Part shown: positions 44,701 through 54,471 of the stretch, one piece after another
How the letters are laid out: the number at the start of each line of letters is the position of its first letter
Numbering within the stretch: position 1 is the first letter of the stretch
DNA from: Prasinococcaceae sp. CCMP 1430
Taxonomy: Eukaryota > Plantae > Prasinodermophyta
DNA: 64,000 nucleotides
Reading direction: 5' to 3'
Assembly: GCA_013416795.1 (NCBI GenBank)
Contig: RQSC01000015.1
Location: 719,369 to 783,368 of the forward strand
Notes under the pieces: model-generated
Told to the model about the DNA's origin: nothing
Database searches by the model: none
The model's input: the letters and a program-made list of their open reading frames with translations, nothing else
Made by a program: the position numbers and the translations under genes

Positions 44701-46629
44701 CGGGCGCAGCGTGCCCCCGCGCGGTGCGGCGGGGACCGCACCAGCGGCATTGGCCGCGCGGCATCCTCCCCGCCCGCGGCCGCCGACACGACGGGCGCTC
44801 GGACGTTCATCTCGGGGCCGGCGGAGACCAAGGGCGACGAGAGCGACGAGGAGGACTCGTCGCACGAGCGCGTGCCCGCCAAGCGGCCGGTCTCCAACAC
44901 GGCGGCGGCTGCGGCCGCGGCGCCGCTGCTTGAGGCCGGGGCCGCGTCACAACCGCTGCTGCAGGTGGCGCCCTCGGACCTGCAGCTCCCCCCTGGGGCC
45001 GTGTCGGGCGTCCGCGGCGGGGGCGTGATCGTTGGCGCGGCAACGGCGGACGGGGCGGGCCTCGACCCGTCGCTGAGCGGCATGGGCTACCTCAAGCGCA
45101 TCCTGACAAGCCGCGTGTATGAGGCGGCGGTCGAGACGCCCATGATAGTGATGGAGCAGCTCAGCGACCGCGTGGGCAACAAAGTCCTGCTCAAGCGCGA
45201 GGACCTGCAGCCCGTCAAGAGCTTCAAGCTGCGCGGCGCCTACAACCGCATGGCTGAGCTCACGGAGGAGGAGCTCGCGCGCGGCGTCATCTGCTCGTCG
45301 GCGGGCAACCACGCGCAGGGCGTTGCGTACAGCGCACAGCAGCTTGGGGCGGACGCCGTCATCGCCATGCCGGTCACCACTCCGCGCATCAAGGTGGATT
45401 CCGTCAAGCGCCTCGGCGGCACCGTCGCGCTCGTTGGCGACACGTACGACGCCACGCAGGCGTACGCGATGCAGCGCGCGAGGGACGAGGGGCGCATCTT
45501 CATTCCCCCGTTCGACGACCCGGCCGTCATCGCCGGCCAGGGAACCACGGGCATCGAGATCCTGCGCGACGTTGGTAAGCTCCTCGGCCGCGGCGAGGTA
45601 CCGCACGCGGTCTTCGTGCCGGTGGGTGGAGGTGGACTGATCGCGGGCATCGCGTCGTACATCAAGCGTCTCGCCCCAGAGGTGCGCATCATCGGTGTGG
45701 AGCCGGCAGGCGCCAACGCCATGGCGCAGAGCCTGCAGCGCGGCCGGCTGGTGGAGCTTTCGAAGGTGGACCCGTTTGCCGACGGCGTGGCGGTGCGCAA
45801 GGTGGGCGCAGAGTGCTTCCGGATCTGCCAGGAGCTGCTCGACGGCGTGGTCCTCGTGGGCAACAACGAGATCTCGGCGGCCATCAAGGACGTCTTCACC
45901 GAGACCCGCTCGATCCTCGAGCCCGCGGGCGCTCTCTCTCTGGCGGGCGCCAAGGCCTACCTGGAGTACCACGACATGGAGGGCGAGGCGGTCGTAGCCA
46001 TTAGCTCGGGCGCCAACATGAATTTCAACCGGCTGCGCCAGGTGAGCGAGATGGCCGACGTGGGCAACCGCCGCGAGGCCGTGCTCGGAACGGTCATCCC
46101 GGAGGAGCGCGGCGCCTTCAAGAAGTTCGTGTCGATGCTGGGCGCGCTCAACATCACCGAATTCAAGTACCGCCAGGGCGCCTCGCAAGACGCGCGCGTC
46201 TTCTATCGTGTCAATTACTCGGGGGCGGACGTCATTGAGGAGCTTTGCGACCGGATGCGCACGGAGAACATGCCCACGTACGACCTCACCGAGGACCAGA
46301 TCACCGAGATGCACTTGAGCCAGATGATTGGCTCGTCGGCCACGGTTGCTAATGAGCGGGTGTTCACCTTCAACTTTCCGGAGCGGCCGGGGGCTCTTGC
46401 GCTGTTCCTGGACACGTTCTCGCCCAAGTGGAACATCACGACCTTCCACTACCGCGCCTCGGGCGAGGCCGCCGGGCGTGTGATGGTGGGCTTCGAGGTG
46501 TGCGACGACACGCGTGAGGAGTTCTTCGCGGCCGTTGACAAGCTGGGCTTCGACTACGAGGAGACCACGGACAATCTGACCTTCAGAATGTTCCTGCAGG
46601 CGAGCGGCACGTGGGATAGCGTCGCTTGA
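44701..46629 (+). CDS. ilvA: Biosynthetic threonine dehydratase (IlvA/OMR1); true start codon not visible
   Basis: KREDLQPV.SFKLRGA (PLP Lys), SAGNHAQG, GGGGL, and two ACT-like regulatory repeats (PEERG, PERPG). Confidence 0.95.
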   Translation, partial: RAQRAPARCGGDRTSGIGRAASSPPAAADTTGARTFISGPAETKGDESDEEDSSHERVPAKRPVSNTAAAAAAAPLLEAGAASQPLLQVAPSDLQLPPGAVSGVRGGGVIVGAATADGAGLDPSLSGMGYLKRILTSRVYEAAVETPMIVMEQLSDRVGNKVLLKREDLQPVKSFKLRGAYNRMAELTEEELARGVICSSAGNHAQGVAYSAQQLGADAVIAMPVTTPRIKVDSVKRLGGTVALVGDTYDATQAYAMQRARDEGRIFIPPFDDPAVIAGQGTTGIEILRDVGKLLGRGEVPHAVFVPVGGGGLIAGIASYIKRLAPEVRIIGVEPAGANAMAQSLQRGRLVELSKVDPFADGVAVRKVGAECFRICQELLDGVVLVGNNEISAAIKDVFTETRSILEPAGALSLAGAKAYLEYHDMEGEAVVAISSGANMNFNRLRQVSEMADVGNRREAVLGTVIPEERGAFKKFVSMLGALNITEFKYRQGASQDARVFYRVNYSGADVIEELCDRMRTENMPTYDLTEDQITEMHLSQMIGSSATVANERVFTFNFPERPGALALFLDTFSPKWNITTFHYRASGEAAGRVMVGFEVCDDTREEFFAAVDKLGFDYEETTDNLTFRMFLQASGTWDSVA

Positions 46630-46756
46630 GCCCCCCACACCGTGGGCTTGTAATATGCAAACGACATCTTGAGCACTACCTGCAGCCGATGCCACGCGCG
46701 CGCGCATGCCGGTGCCGGACAGATGCAACGAGCACGCCATACAAGGAAACTTTAGC

Positions 46757-47822
46757 TCAGCGCCGCCTGCCACCACTTCGGCTCCCGCCCTGGAGCGCGT
46801 CTGCTAGCTTCTCCGCCGCCGATATTTGCTTGACACGCTTGCCGCCCTCGTACTCGCCCTTGAGGTACTTGGTTTGATTCTTCGCGATGAACTCCAGCAT
46901 CTCTGTGCAGTGGGTGGCCGCGCCCTTCACGAGCTCCTCTGTCACATCCTCGCGCTCGACGGCACCCATGATCGCGGGTAGCTTGACAAACAGTCTCAGC
47001 AGGTGCTCGCCGCCGTAGACGTCACACGGAGAGGCGCCACCCTGTCCGCGAAGGCCGTCGTGGGCAGGGAAAGGGTCGCGCGACAAGCCCGCGGCAGATC
47101 GGTTCGGCGGGGGTGGGGTGGGGTGGGGTCGGGGGTCAAGGCAAGGGAACAGCGGTCGGAGAGACGAGCGTCAACGACCTGCGCTAAACGCTACGAGGGA
47201 TAATTCGCTAGCGCGCGCCCTCGAGGAACGCACCTTGGCGCAGTGTTGCGTGTACTGCTTGCGCTCTGGGTCGTACAGCAGCTGCTTTTCGCATGCCAGG
47301 TCGAACCAGTCGAGCACACCGTTGGCGACTGACGTCGCGTCGAGTAGGCGCTGCCCCGAGGTTGCGCGCTTAAGTTTCTGCAGGGCAGGTGCGGGTCCAT
47401 GCCCCAGCGCGCGCGGGCGGCAAGCAGTCAGCGTGAGCTCGCGGGACCAGGGCGCGCAGGCGATGAAGACCCGGTGCCGGCTGGGCACGCACATGCGCGA
47501 AGCGCACGCACCTCTGTGTAGTCCTCGACGAGCTGCCTGACAGTCGGCGCGCTCGGCACGACGTGCAAGCGCCCTTCGTGCGTGATGGCCCGCCAGTCGT
47601 CCACCAGCCATTGCTTGAGCGCCCCCGGCACGCTGAGCACGAGTTCGGGGCCCTTCGCGCCCTCCTCCTCGAGCTCGATGTCGTCCTTGCGCCGCCTGCC
47701 TGGGCGACCCGCCGGCTTGGCGCCTGCGCCGCCCTTCGCGCCGTCGGCCGCGGCGTCAGCCGACTTACGCTTGCCGCCTCCAAAAGTGAGGCGGACGGTC
47801 TGAGAGCCGAGGTTGAGCAGCT
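46757..47822 (-). CDS. MRG: MRG15/Eaf3-family protein (exons ~47512-47822, 47234-47377, 46757-47041; 5' unresolved)
   Basis: LKQWLVDDW..IT, P..PTV…EDY, QLLY..ER.QY, VYG.EHLLRLFVKLP. Confidence 0.88.
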
Positions 47823-48324
47823 CTCCCCCCCCCCCCCCCCCCCCCCCCCCCTCCCTCCTTCCCCAGCCCCAACCCACCCCAGCCCGCGCGTGCGCGCCCC
47901 TCGTAGGCCGTGTCGCCGCAGACGAGCCGCACGCGCACGCGGACGCGCGCGCCGCGCACGCGCTGTGGCCAGGATGAGGCGAGGGCTGAGGTGCTGGGGT
48001 CGCCAGCCGCTAAAGTCGGTCGCGTGCAACCGAAAATGAGGGAGGGCGCAGCACAGACGGGCAGGCGCGGGAAACGGCCCCACCACCCGCCCGCCCGCCG
48101 CGCGCACCCGCATCCCTTTCAATCCCCGTGCTCTAATTCGTTTCTGGATTCGGCGCCCATTGCGTCGCGCGCCCCGACGCGACGCGCGCGCCCCAACGCC
48201 TATCCGACGGCTGGGTCCCGCCGTTTGCGGCGCAGCGGGCCGACCGCGGGCCGATTCCCGCTGGCTGGCGCGCCCGCGGCCACGCGGCGCGCTTGCTCGC
48301 GGTCGAAACGGCCGATCGCGCGCC

Positions 48325-51300
48325 ATGGCGGCGGGTGCCGTGGCAGGCGCCAGCGGCTCGCTCGTCGGCCGGCGCGTGGAGTGCTTCTGGGAGGAACCCA
48401 AGGAATGGTTTGCAGGCGTCGTCGAGAGCTTCGATGGCCAGTCTTACACCGTGCGGTACGACGACGGCGAGCACGAATCTGGTATCGTTTTTGATGGCGA
48501 CCCAACACTGCGTTTCGTTGGCGACGGCGCACACGTGACCAAGGCCGGCGCCGACGCGGCTGACACGGATGACGAAATGGCCGTCGCCGGCGACTCAGAG
48601 GTGGAAACCTCCGCGGACGAGGGCGCACAAGCGCCGGCTGCAGGCGAGGACGCGATGGGAAAAGACGGCGAGGCGACCGCCGAGAAAGTACAGGCGGCGA
48701 ATACGGGCGGTGGGGATGCCATTGGCCGCGGCAACGATGCAGACACGCTGGGCGCCAGCGGCTCGCTCGTCGGCCGGCGCGTGGAGTGCTTTTGGGAGCA
48801 GTACGAGGAGTGGTTTGCAGGGGTCGTCGAAAGCTTCCAGGGTGGATCCTACACCGTCCGTTACGACGACGGTGAAAGGGAGAGCGGCATCGTCTTCGAT
48901 GGCGACCCGACCCTGCGCCTCATCGACGAGACCACCTCGCCATGCGGAGCCACAGTGGCGACAGCTGCAGGCGTTGAAGCCGCGGATTCGGGCGACGAGG
49001 CTCTCATTGCCCGCCACGCGAATGGAGAGACCGACGGCGCCGACGATCATGTGCGCGCTCCGCCTGCGTCGCAACCGCGCCAGCGGCAGCAGCAGCAGCA
49101 AAAGAAGCAGCAAAAGAAGCCGCTTGAGCCTGGGGAGAAGGGTGAGGAGGAGAGCGAGGTCATCGAGGTTGGCGACAGCGAGAGCGACGATGATGGCTTC
49201 TGTATGATACGATCGAGTAGGGATCCGACGGATGGGCCTGCCGACGTCGGCGACAAGGACACGCCATCGTCAAAGCGCCCGAGGCGCACGTGCACATCCC
49301 CGGAGGCCCGCCGCGCGCAGGCGGCCGCGCGCGAGGCGACGCAGGCACGCTCCACGCCCTCCCACAGTTCGAAGCGCGTGCTCGAAGCGAGTGCGCCGAC
49401 TACCACCGGCGGCCCCGCCGCAAAGAAGCAGAAGAAGCCACTCCGGAGCACAGGCGCTTCCTCGGGGGCCACAAAGAAGAGCTCGACGCCCCAGGCGGAC
49501 GAGAGTGCGGCGCATGCAGAGTGGCGAAAGACAGCCGAGCCACCCATGTGCGAATTCATCGAGAGCGACCTGCCGAGTGCGAGCGACACAGCATACATCA
49601 ACGATGCGTCGGCCTTCGTGTGGCCCCCGCACGCGCCGCGCGCCGATGACCCCCCTGAGGCGACGGCGCTGCGCCGATGCCTGACCGAGTACAACCGGTT
49701 GCGCCTGCAGCGGGTGCTCTCCGAGCGTGCGCGAGCCGAAGCGGCTGTCGGCAAAGGGGGGAAGAAGGTCTCTCAGAGGCCGGACACCAAGGCAATCGAG
49801 GACACCAAGAGGTCGGGGCTGTGCACGCGCATCAAGGATGAGGCCGACGCGCTCAAAAAAGGGTGGAGGGCGCTCGCATATGGCGCAGTGGTGGGGGCCG
49901 TGCACGGCGTCCGAGTCGGCCAGGTGTTCTGGTCGCGCGCAGAGCTCAGCGTCACGGGCATGCACTTCCCACCGGTGGCAGGCATAGACTGCGCCGAGGT
50001 ATGTACCGACGCTGGCGACTCGCTCAAGGTGGCGACCTCCATTGTCGTGGGTGGCAACTACGAGGACGATAAGGACGATGACGCCAAGGCTGGCGAGATT
50101 GTCTACACGGGCGCCGGGGGGTGTGATTTGCTTGGAAACAAGAAGCAGGTGGCCGACCAGACGCTGGACACGCCCGTGAATCGAGCTCTTGCAAACAACG
50201 TTCTCGCAAAGTCGCCCGTGCGCCTCGTCCGCAAGAACAAGCTGGCCGTGTCGTACACCGCGCAACGATTTGTCTACGATGGTTTGTGGGATGTGACGTC
50301 CCAGTGGGAGGAGAAGGGCCTGAGTGGCTATAAGGTGCTCAAGTACCGCCTGAAGCGCAGAAATGGCCAGCCCGCCATCGACAACGTGCGAACGCTCGCC
50401 GAGGAGAAGAAGCAGGCTGCCGACAAGCGCAAGGAGCGTGCGCGCGTGGCTGAAGTCGAGCGCACGGTGAAGGCCGAAATGCAGCAGGCGCTGAGGAAGG
50501 AGCGCGACGACGAGCGCAAGGCTTTGCGCTTGGAGAAGGTCGCCGCGCAGGAGCACGCCAAGGCCCAGCATGCGATTGAGCGGGCGCAGGCCAAGGAGGT
50601 GAGGGATGCGGCAAAGGAGGCGGAGCGGAAGGCCCGCGAAGCAGTCCGAGCAGCGCGCGTGCAGATGCGCGGCGAGAAGAAGACGTCGGCGGGCCTTCGG
50701 AAGCGCCCTTCGCCGCCGCCATCGCCTGAGAAGCCCCAGGAACCTCCGCTGCAGACGCTGATAGCAATGGAGTCACAAGATGCTGCGACATCACAGTCCG
50801 CTGCTACCATCGCGAGCTTCTGTGCCAAGTTCGGCGGCGTGCTGGGCTTGCCTTCGCGCGCGTCGAGTGCCCTCGTACTCATGCGTGTCCCAAAGCTCCG
50901 TGCAGAGTTGGCGCACGTGGCTGTGGCCAAGTGCTGCCCTTTGACTGCGTGGTGGGGCGAGGTCGACTTCTCCGAGAACATTGGCGCGAGGTGGGCAGAG
51001 GCGGCTGACGTTGCCTGGCCGGAGGTCATGCGCAGGCTGCTGCTGTGCCGCCCGCTGGCGGGAAGGCAGATGGATGCGGCATCTCAGGCCGCATGCGGCA
51101 TGGGCGACACGTACTGGTGCGCCCGGGCAGCGCGCGTGTCGAGGGTGGCCTCGCACCTCAGCGCCCAAAGCTGGCACGAGCTGGATGCGGGCGATCAGCT
51201 GGCTGCAATTGAGGCCATTGTTGACGAGCTGGTCGACACTGCTGAGGTGCGAGAGGCAATCCGCTCGCGGGCGGAGGAGCTGGCAGAGAAAGAGATTGCG

Positions 51301-52641
51301 TGGCGGAAAGCTGAGCGCGAGTCGCAGCGAATGATCAAGGAGGCGGCAGCTGCAGCGCGCGATGAGATGCTCGAAAAGCTCAGCGCGGAGGCCGACGACG
51401 ACGCAGAAGCTGAAGCCGCGGAAGCCGTCGCGCAAGCTGGTGCTCAGGGTGCGGACGCCGCCGACGCCCTCGCGCGCCAGCGTGCAGCCAAGGCTGTGTG
51501 CGCCGCCAAGGCAAGCAAGGCCGGCGAGATCCGCAAGCACGTGTCTGAGGCCATCGAAGCCATCAAGGCCGAAATGGCCGACGAGAACAAGGAGCGGCGG
51601 CAGGAGCAAGTGCGTGAGCGACAGCGGCTCATGGTGCGAGACGCGCCCATCGGCGTCGACCGCGAGGGCTCGCGCTACCGACTGATGGCGGTTCCGAAGC
51701 TCGCCGTGGCGATGGAGAGCGAGCACGGAGGGCGGCTGTCAATCGTCGGCAGCGTCGGCAGCGATGCTGTGCAGGCACGCGCGAAGGAGCTCGGCCCCGG
51801 TCTGGAGGATCGAGCGCTCTTTGCTGCGCTGCAGGTGATCGAGGAGGACACCGACGACGATGTCCAGGATGAGGATGGTGTCGCGAGCGCAGGCGATGCC
51901 GCGGCGCGTTCCGCGTTCGTTTTGCGGGTGGAATGCGAACGGGCAGGCCGTGCGCTGCGGGACGCGCTCGTCGTTGGCGAAGCCGCCGCCACACAGCTGC
52001 CGTCCGGTGGCGAGGCCTCTGCCGCGAAGGCGGCGCTGAAGAAGGCCAAAGTTGCCCTGAGTGCCGCGCTTAGGGATGCCCAGCTTGGCGCCCTCCGCGC
52101 AGCCGCGCTTAACGTCGAGAGCGCGCTGGTCGCCACCGCGGGTGGGCAGACGCCGGATGCCCAGCACATTGACGAGCACCTTGCGCGCGAGCTGGAAGAC
52201 CGCGAGATGCGCGCGCTACCCCCGACCAAGTCCGAGGAGGGCGCCGTTGCCCGCGCCAGCGGTACCGAGGCGGAGACACCACCAACGAGCATGCTCGACT
52301 CGCAGCTCCAGGACTCGGGCGACCAGACCAACGCGGAGGGCGACGCACACGAGCGGGCGCAGGCTGCCGCTGATGACGCCGCCGAGCGCCACCACCTGGG
52401 CCACGCTGACATCTTTGAGATGGCTGTCGTCGAGCCGGGCCACCTACCCAAGGCACCGACCAAAAGCGCGCTGCCGCTGTGGCGCGTTGCCGCTGAGCGC
52501 GCCGCATGGCGCTACGACGCGCTCCACGCGACCTCGCCGGCGTGCGTGGGTCTCGAGGCCGCGCGGCTGCTGAGCAGGGCGCGTGCGGTGTTCGTGGATG
52601 CGCCCACAGTCAGGCGCAAGCGCGGCACCGCGCGTGGCTAG
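48325..52641 (+). CDS. Tudor x2 - SUVH-type SRA/YDG - coiled coil - DDT - WHIM1/2/3 chromatin protein (1438 aa)
   Basis: Two LVGRRVECFW…WF.G.V..F….Y.VRYDDGE repeats. SRA G.V.GV.VG..F.SRAEL…G.H…AGID…SIV..G.YEDD…YTG.GG…PVR…YDGL. WPEVMRR, WHIM1 L..LVDT..VR..I, WHIM2 PIG.DR…RY. Confidence 0.85.
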   Translation: MAAGAVAGASGSLVGRRVECFWEEPKEWFAGVVESFDGQSYTVRYDDGEHESGIVFDGDPTLRFVGDGAHVTKAGADAADTDDEMAVAGDSEVETSADEGAQAPAAGEDAMGKDGEATAEKVQAANTGGGDAIGRGNDADTLGASGSLVGRRVECFWEQYEEWFAGVVESFQGGSYTVRYDDGERESGIVFDGDPTLRLIDETTSPCGATVATAAGVEAADSGDEALIARHANGETDGADDHVRAPPASQPRQRQQQQQKKQQKKPLEPGEKGEEESEVIEVGDSESDDDGFCMIRSSRDPTDGPADVGDKDTPSSKRPRRTCTSPEARRAQAAAREATQARSTPSHSSKRVLEASAPTTTGGPAAKKQKKPLRSTGASSGATKKSSTPQADESAAHAEWRKTAEPPMCEFIESDLPSASDTAYINDASAFVWPPHAPRADDPPEATALRRCLTEYNRLRLQRVLSERARAEAAVGKGGKKVSQRPDTKAIEDTKRSGLCTRIKDEADALKKGWRALAYGAVVGAVHGVRVGQVFWSRAELSVTGMHFPPVAGIDCAEVCTDAGDSLKVATSIVVGGNYEDDKDDDAKAGEIVYTGAGGCDLLGNKKQVADQTLDTPVNRALANNVLAKSPVRLVRKNKLAVSYTAQRFVYDGLWDVTSQWEEKGLSGYKVLKYRLKRRNGQPAIDNVRTLAEEKKQAADKRKERARVAEVERTVKAEMQQALRKERDDERKALRLEKVAAQEHAKAQHAIERAQAKEVRDAAKEAERKAREAVRAARVQMRGEKKTSAGLRKRPSPPPSPEKPQEPPLQTLIAMESQDAATSQSAATIASFCAKFGGVLGLPSRASSALVLMRVPKLRAELAHVAVAKCCPLTAWWGEVDFSENIGARWAEAADVAWPEVMRRLLLCRPLAGRQMDAASQAACGMGDTYWCARAARVSRVASHLSAQSWHELDAGDQLAAIEAIVDELVDTAEVREAIRSRAEELAEKEIAWRKAERESQRMIKEAAAAARDEMLEKLSAEADDDAEAEAAEAVAQAGAQGADAADALARQRAAKAVCAAKASKAGEIRKHVSEAIEAIKAEMADENKERRQEQVRERQRLMVRDAPIGVDREGSRYRLMAVPKLAVAMESEHGGRLSIVGSVGSDAVQARAKELGPGLEDRALFAALQVIEEDTDDDVQDEDGVASAGDAAARSAFVLRVECERAGRALRDALVVGEAAATQLPSGGEASAAKAALKKAKVALSAALRDAQLGALRAAALNVESALVATAGGQTPDAQHIDEHLARELEDREMRALPPTKSEEGAVARASGTEAETPPTSMLDSQLQDSGDQTNAEGDAHERAQAAADDAAERHHLGHADIFEMAVVEPGHLPKAPTKSALPLWRVAAERAAWRYDALHATSPACVGLEAARLLSRARAVFVDAPTVRRKRGTARG

Positions 52642-54471
52642 AGAGGACGAGAGGTGCTGCTGTCGCGCAGTTGTAGATCTACATGTTGTCCGTACCGACA
52701 GGGGTAGCGGGCTCTTTTGCCGTGTTGGGCATGGCTATATGTGTGGCGCGCGGGCCGCCCTGCCAGCGACCGCGACTGCGCACGAGCCGGGGTGGAGGCG
52801 CGGCGCCTATTACGCCCTGCTGGCCTTCTTCGGCGGCGGGTCGTCGCTGATGGTCGACACTGCTGAGGTGCGAGAGGCAATCCGCTCGCGGGCGGAGGAG
52901 CTGGCAGAGAAAGAGATTGCGTGGCGGAAAGCTGAGCGCGAGTCGCAGCGAATGATCAAGGAGGCGGCAGCTGCAGCGCGCGATGAGATGCTCGAAAAGC
53001 TCAGCGCGGAGGCCGACGACGACGCAGAAGCTGAAGCCGCGGAAGCCGTCGCGCAAGCTGGTGCTCAGGGTGCGGACGCCGCCGACGCCCTCGCGCGCCA
53101 GCGTGCAGCCAAGGCTGTGTGCGCCGCCAAGGCAAGCAAGGCCGGCGAGATCCGCAAGCACGTGTCTGAGGCCATCGAAGCCATCAAGGCCGAAATGGCC
53201 GACGAGAACAAGGAGCGGCGGCAGGAGCAAGTGCGTGAGCGACAGCGGCTCATGGTGCGAGACGCGCCCATCGGCGTCGACCGCGAGGGCTCGCGCTACC
53301 GACTGATGGCGGTTCCGAAGCTCGCCGTGGCGATGGAGAGCGAGCACGGAGGGCGGCTGTCAATCGTCGGCAGCGTCGGCAGCGATGCTGTGCAGGCACG
53401 CGCGAAGGAGCTCGGCCCCGGTCTGGAGGATCGAGCGCTCTTTGCTGCGCTGCAGGTGATCGAGGAGGACACCGACGACGATGTCCAGGATGAGGATGGT
53501 GTCGCGAGCGCAGGCGATGCCGCGGCGCGTTCCGCGTTCGTTTTGCGGGTGGAATGCGAACGGGCAGGCCGTGCGCTGCGGGACGCGCTCGTCGTTGGCG
53601 AAGCCGCCGCCACACAGCTGCCGTCCGGTGGCGAGGCCTCTGCCGCGAAGGCGGCGCTGAAGAAGGCCAAAGTTGCCCTGAGTGCCGCGCTTAGGGATGC
53701 CCAGCTTGGCGCCCTCCGCGCAGCCGCGCTTAACGTCGAGAGCGCGCTGGTCGCCACCGCGGGTGGGCAGACGCCGGATGCCCAGCACATTGACGAGCAC
53801 CTTGCGCGCGAGCTGGAAGACCGCGAGATGCGCGCGCTACCCCCGACCAAGTCCGAGGAGGGCGCCGTTGCCCGCGCCAGCGGTACCGAGGCGGAGACAC
53901 CACCAACGAGCATGCTCGACTCGCAGCTCCAGGACTCGGGCGACCAGACCAACGCGGAGGGCGACGCACACGAGCGGGCGCAGGCTGCCGCTGATGACGC
54001 CGCCGAGCGCCACCACCTGGGCCACGCTGACATCTTTGAGATGGCTGTCGTCGAGCCGGGCCACCTACCCAAGGCACCGACCAAAAGCGCGCTGCCGCTG
54101 TGGCGCGTTGCCGCTGAGCGCGCCGCATGGCGCTACGACGCGCTCCACGCGACCTCGCCGGCGTGCGTGGGTCTCGAGGCCGCGCGGCTGCTGAGCAGGG
54201 CGCGTGCGGTGTTCGTGGATGCGCCCACAGTCAGGCGCAAGCGCGGCACCGCGCGTGGCTAGAGAGGACGAGAGGTGCTGCTGTCGCGCAGTTGTAGATC
54301 TACATGTTGTCCGTACCGACAGGGGTAGCGGGCTCTTTTGCCGTGTTGGGCATGGCTATATGTGTGGCGCGCGGGCCGCCCTGCCAGCGACCGCGACTGC
54401 GCACGAGCCGGGGTGGAGGCGCGGCGCCTATTACGCCCTGCTGGCCTTCTTCGGCGGCGGGTCGTCGCTGA
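51230..54471. repeat. 1621-bp head-to-tail tandem duplication (51230-52850 and 52851-54471)
   Basis: Identical ORF translations offset by 1621; junction …gtcgctga|tggtcgacac…. Confidence 0.95.
52850..54262 (+). pseudogene. Duplicated 3' part of the SRA-DDT gene; open 470-aa frame from a junction-created ATG
   Basis: ATG at 52850-52852 spans the duplication junction. Confidence 0.6.

Noticed and set aside
33366-46629. RidA and threonine dehydratase as a metabolic cluster
   Set aside because: Functionally linked but separated by ~10 kb and several unrelated genes.
28519-47851. Poly-C runs (28519-28548, 47826-47851)
   Set aside because: Homopolymers next to gaps or unresolved exons; length unreliable.
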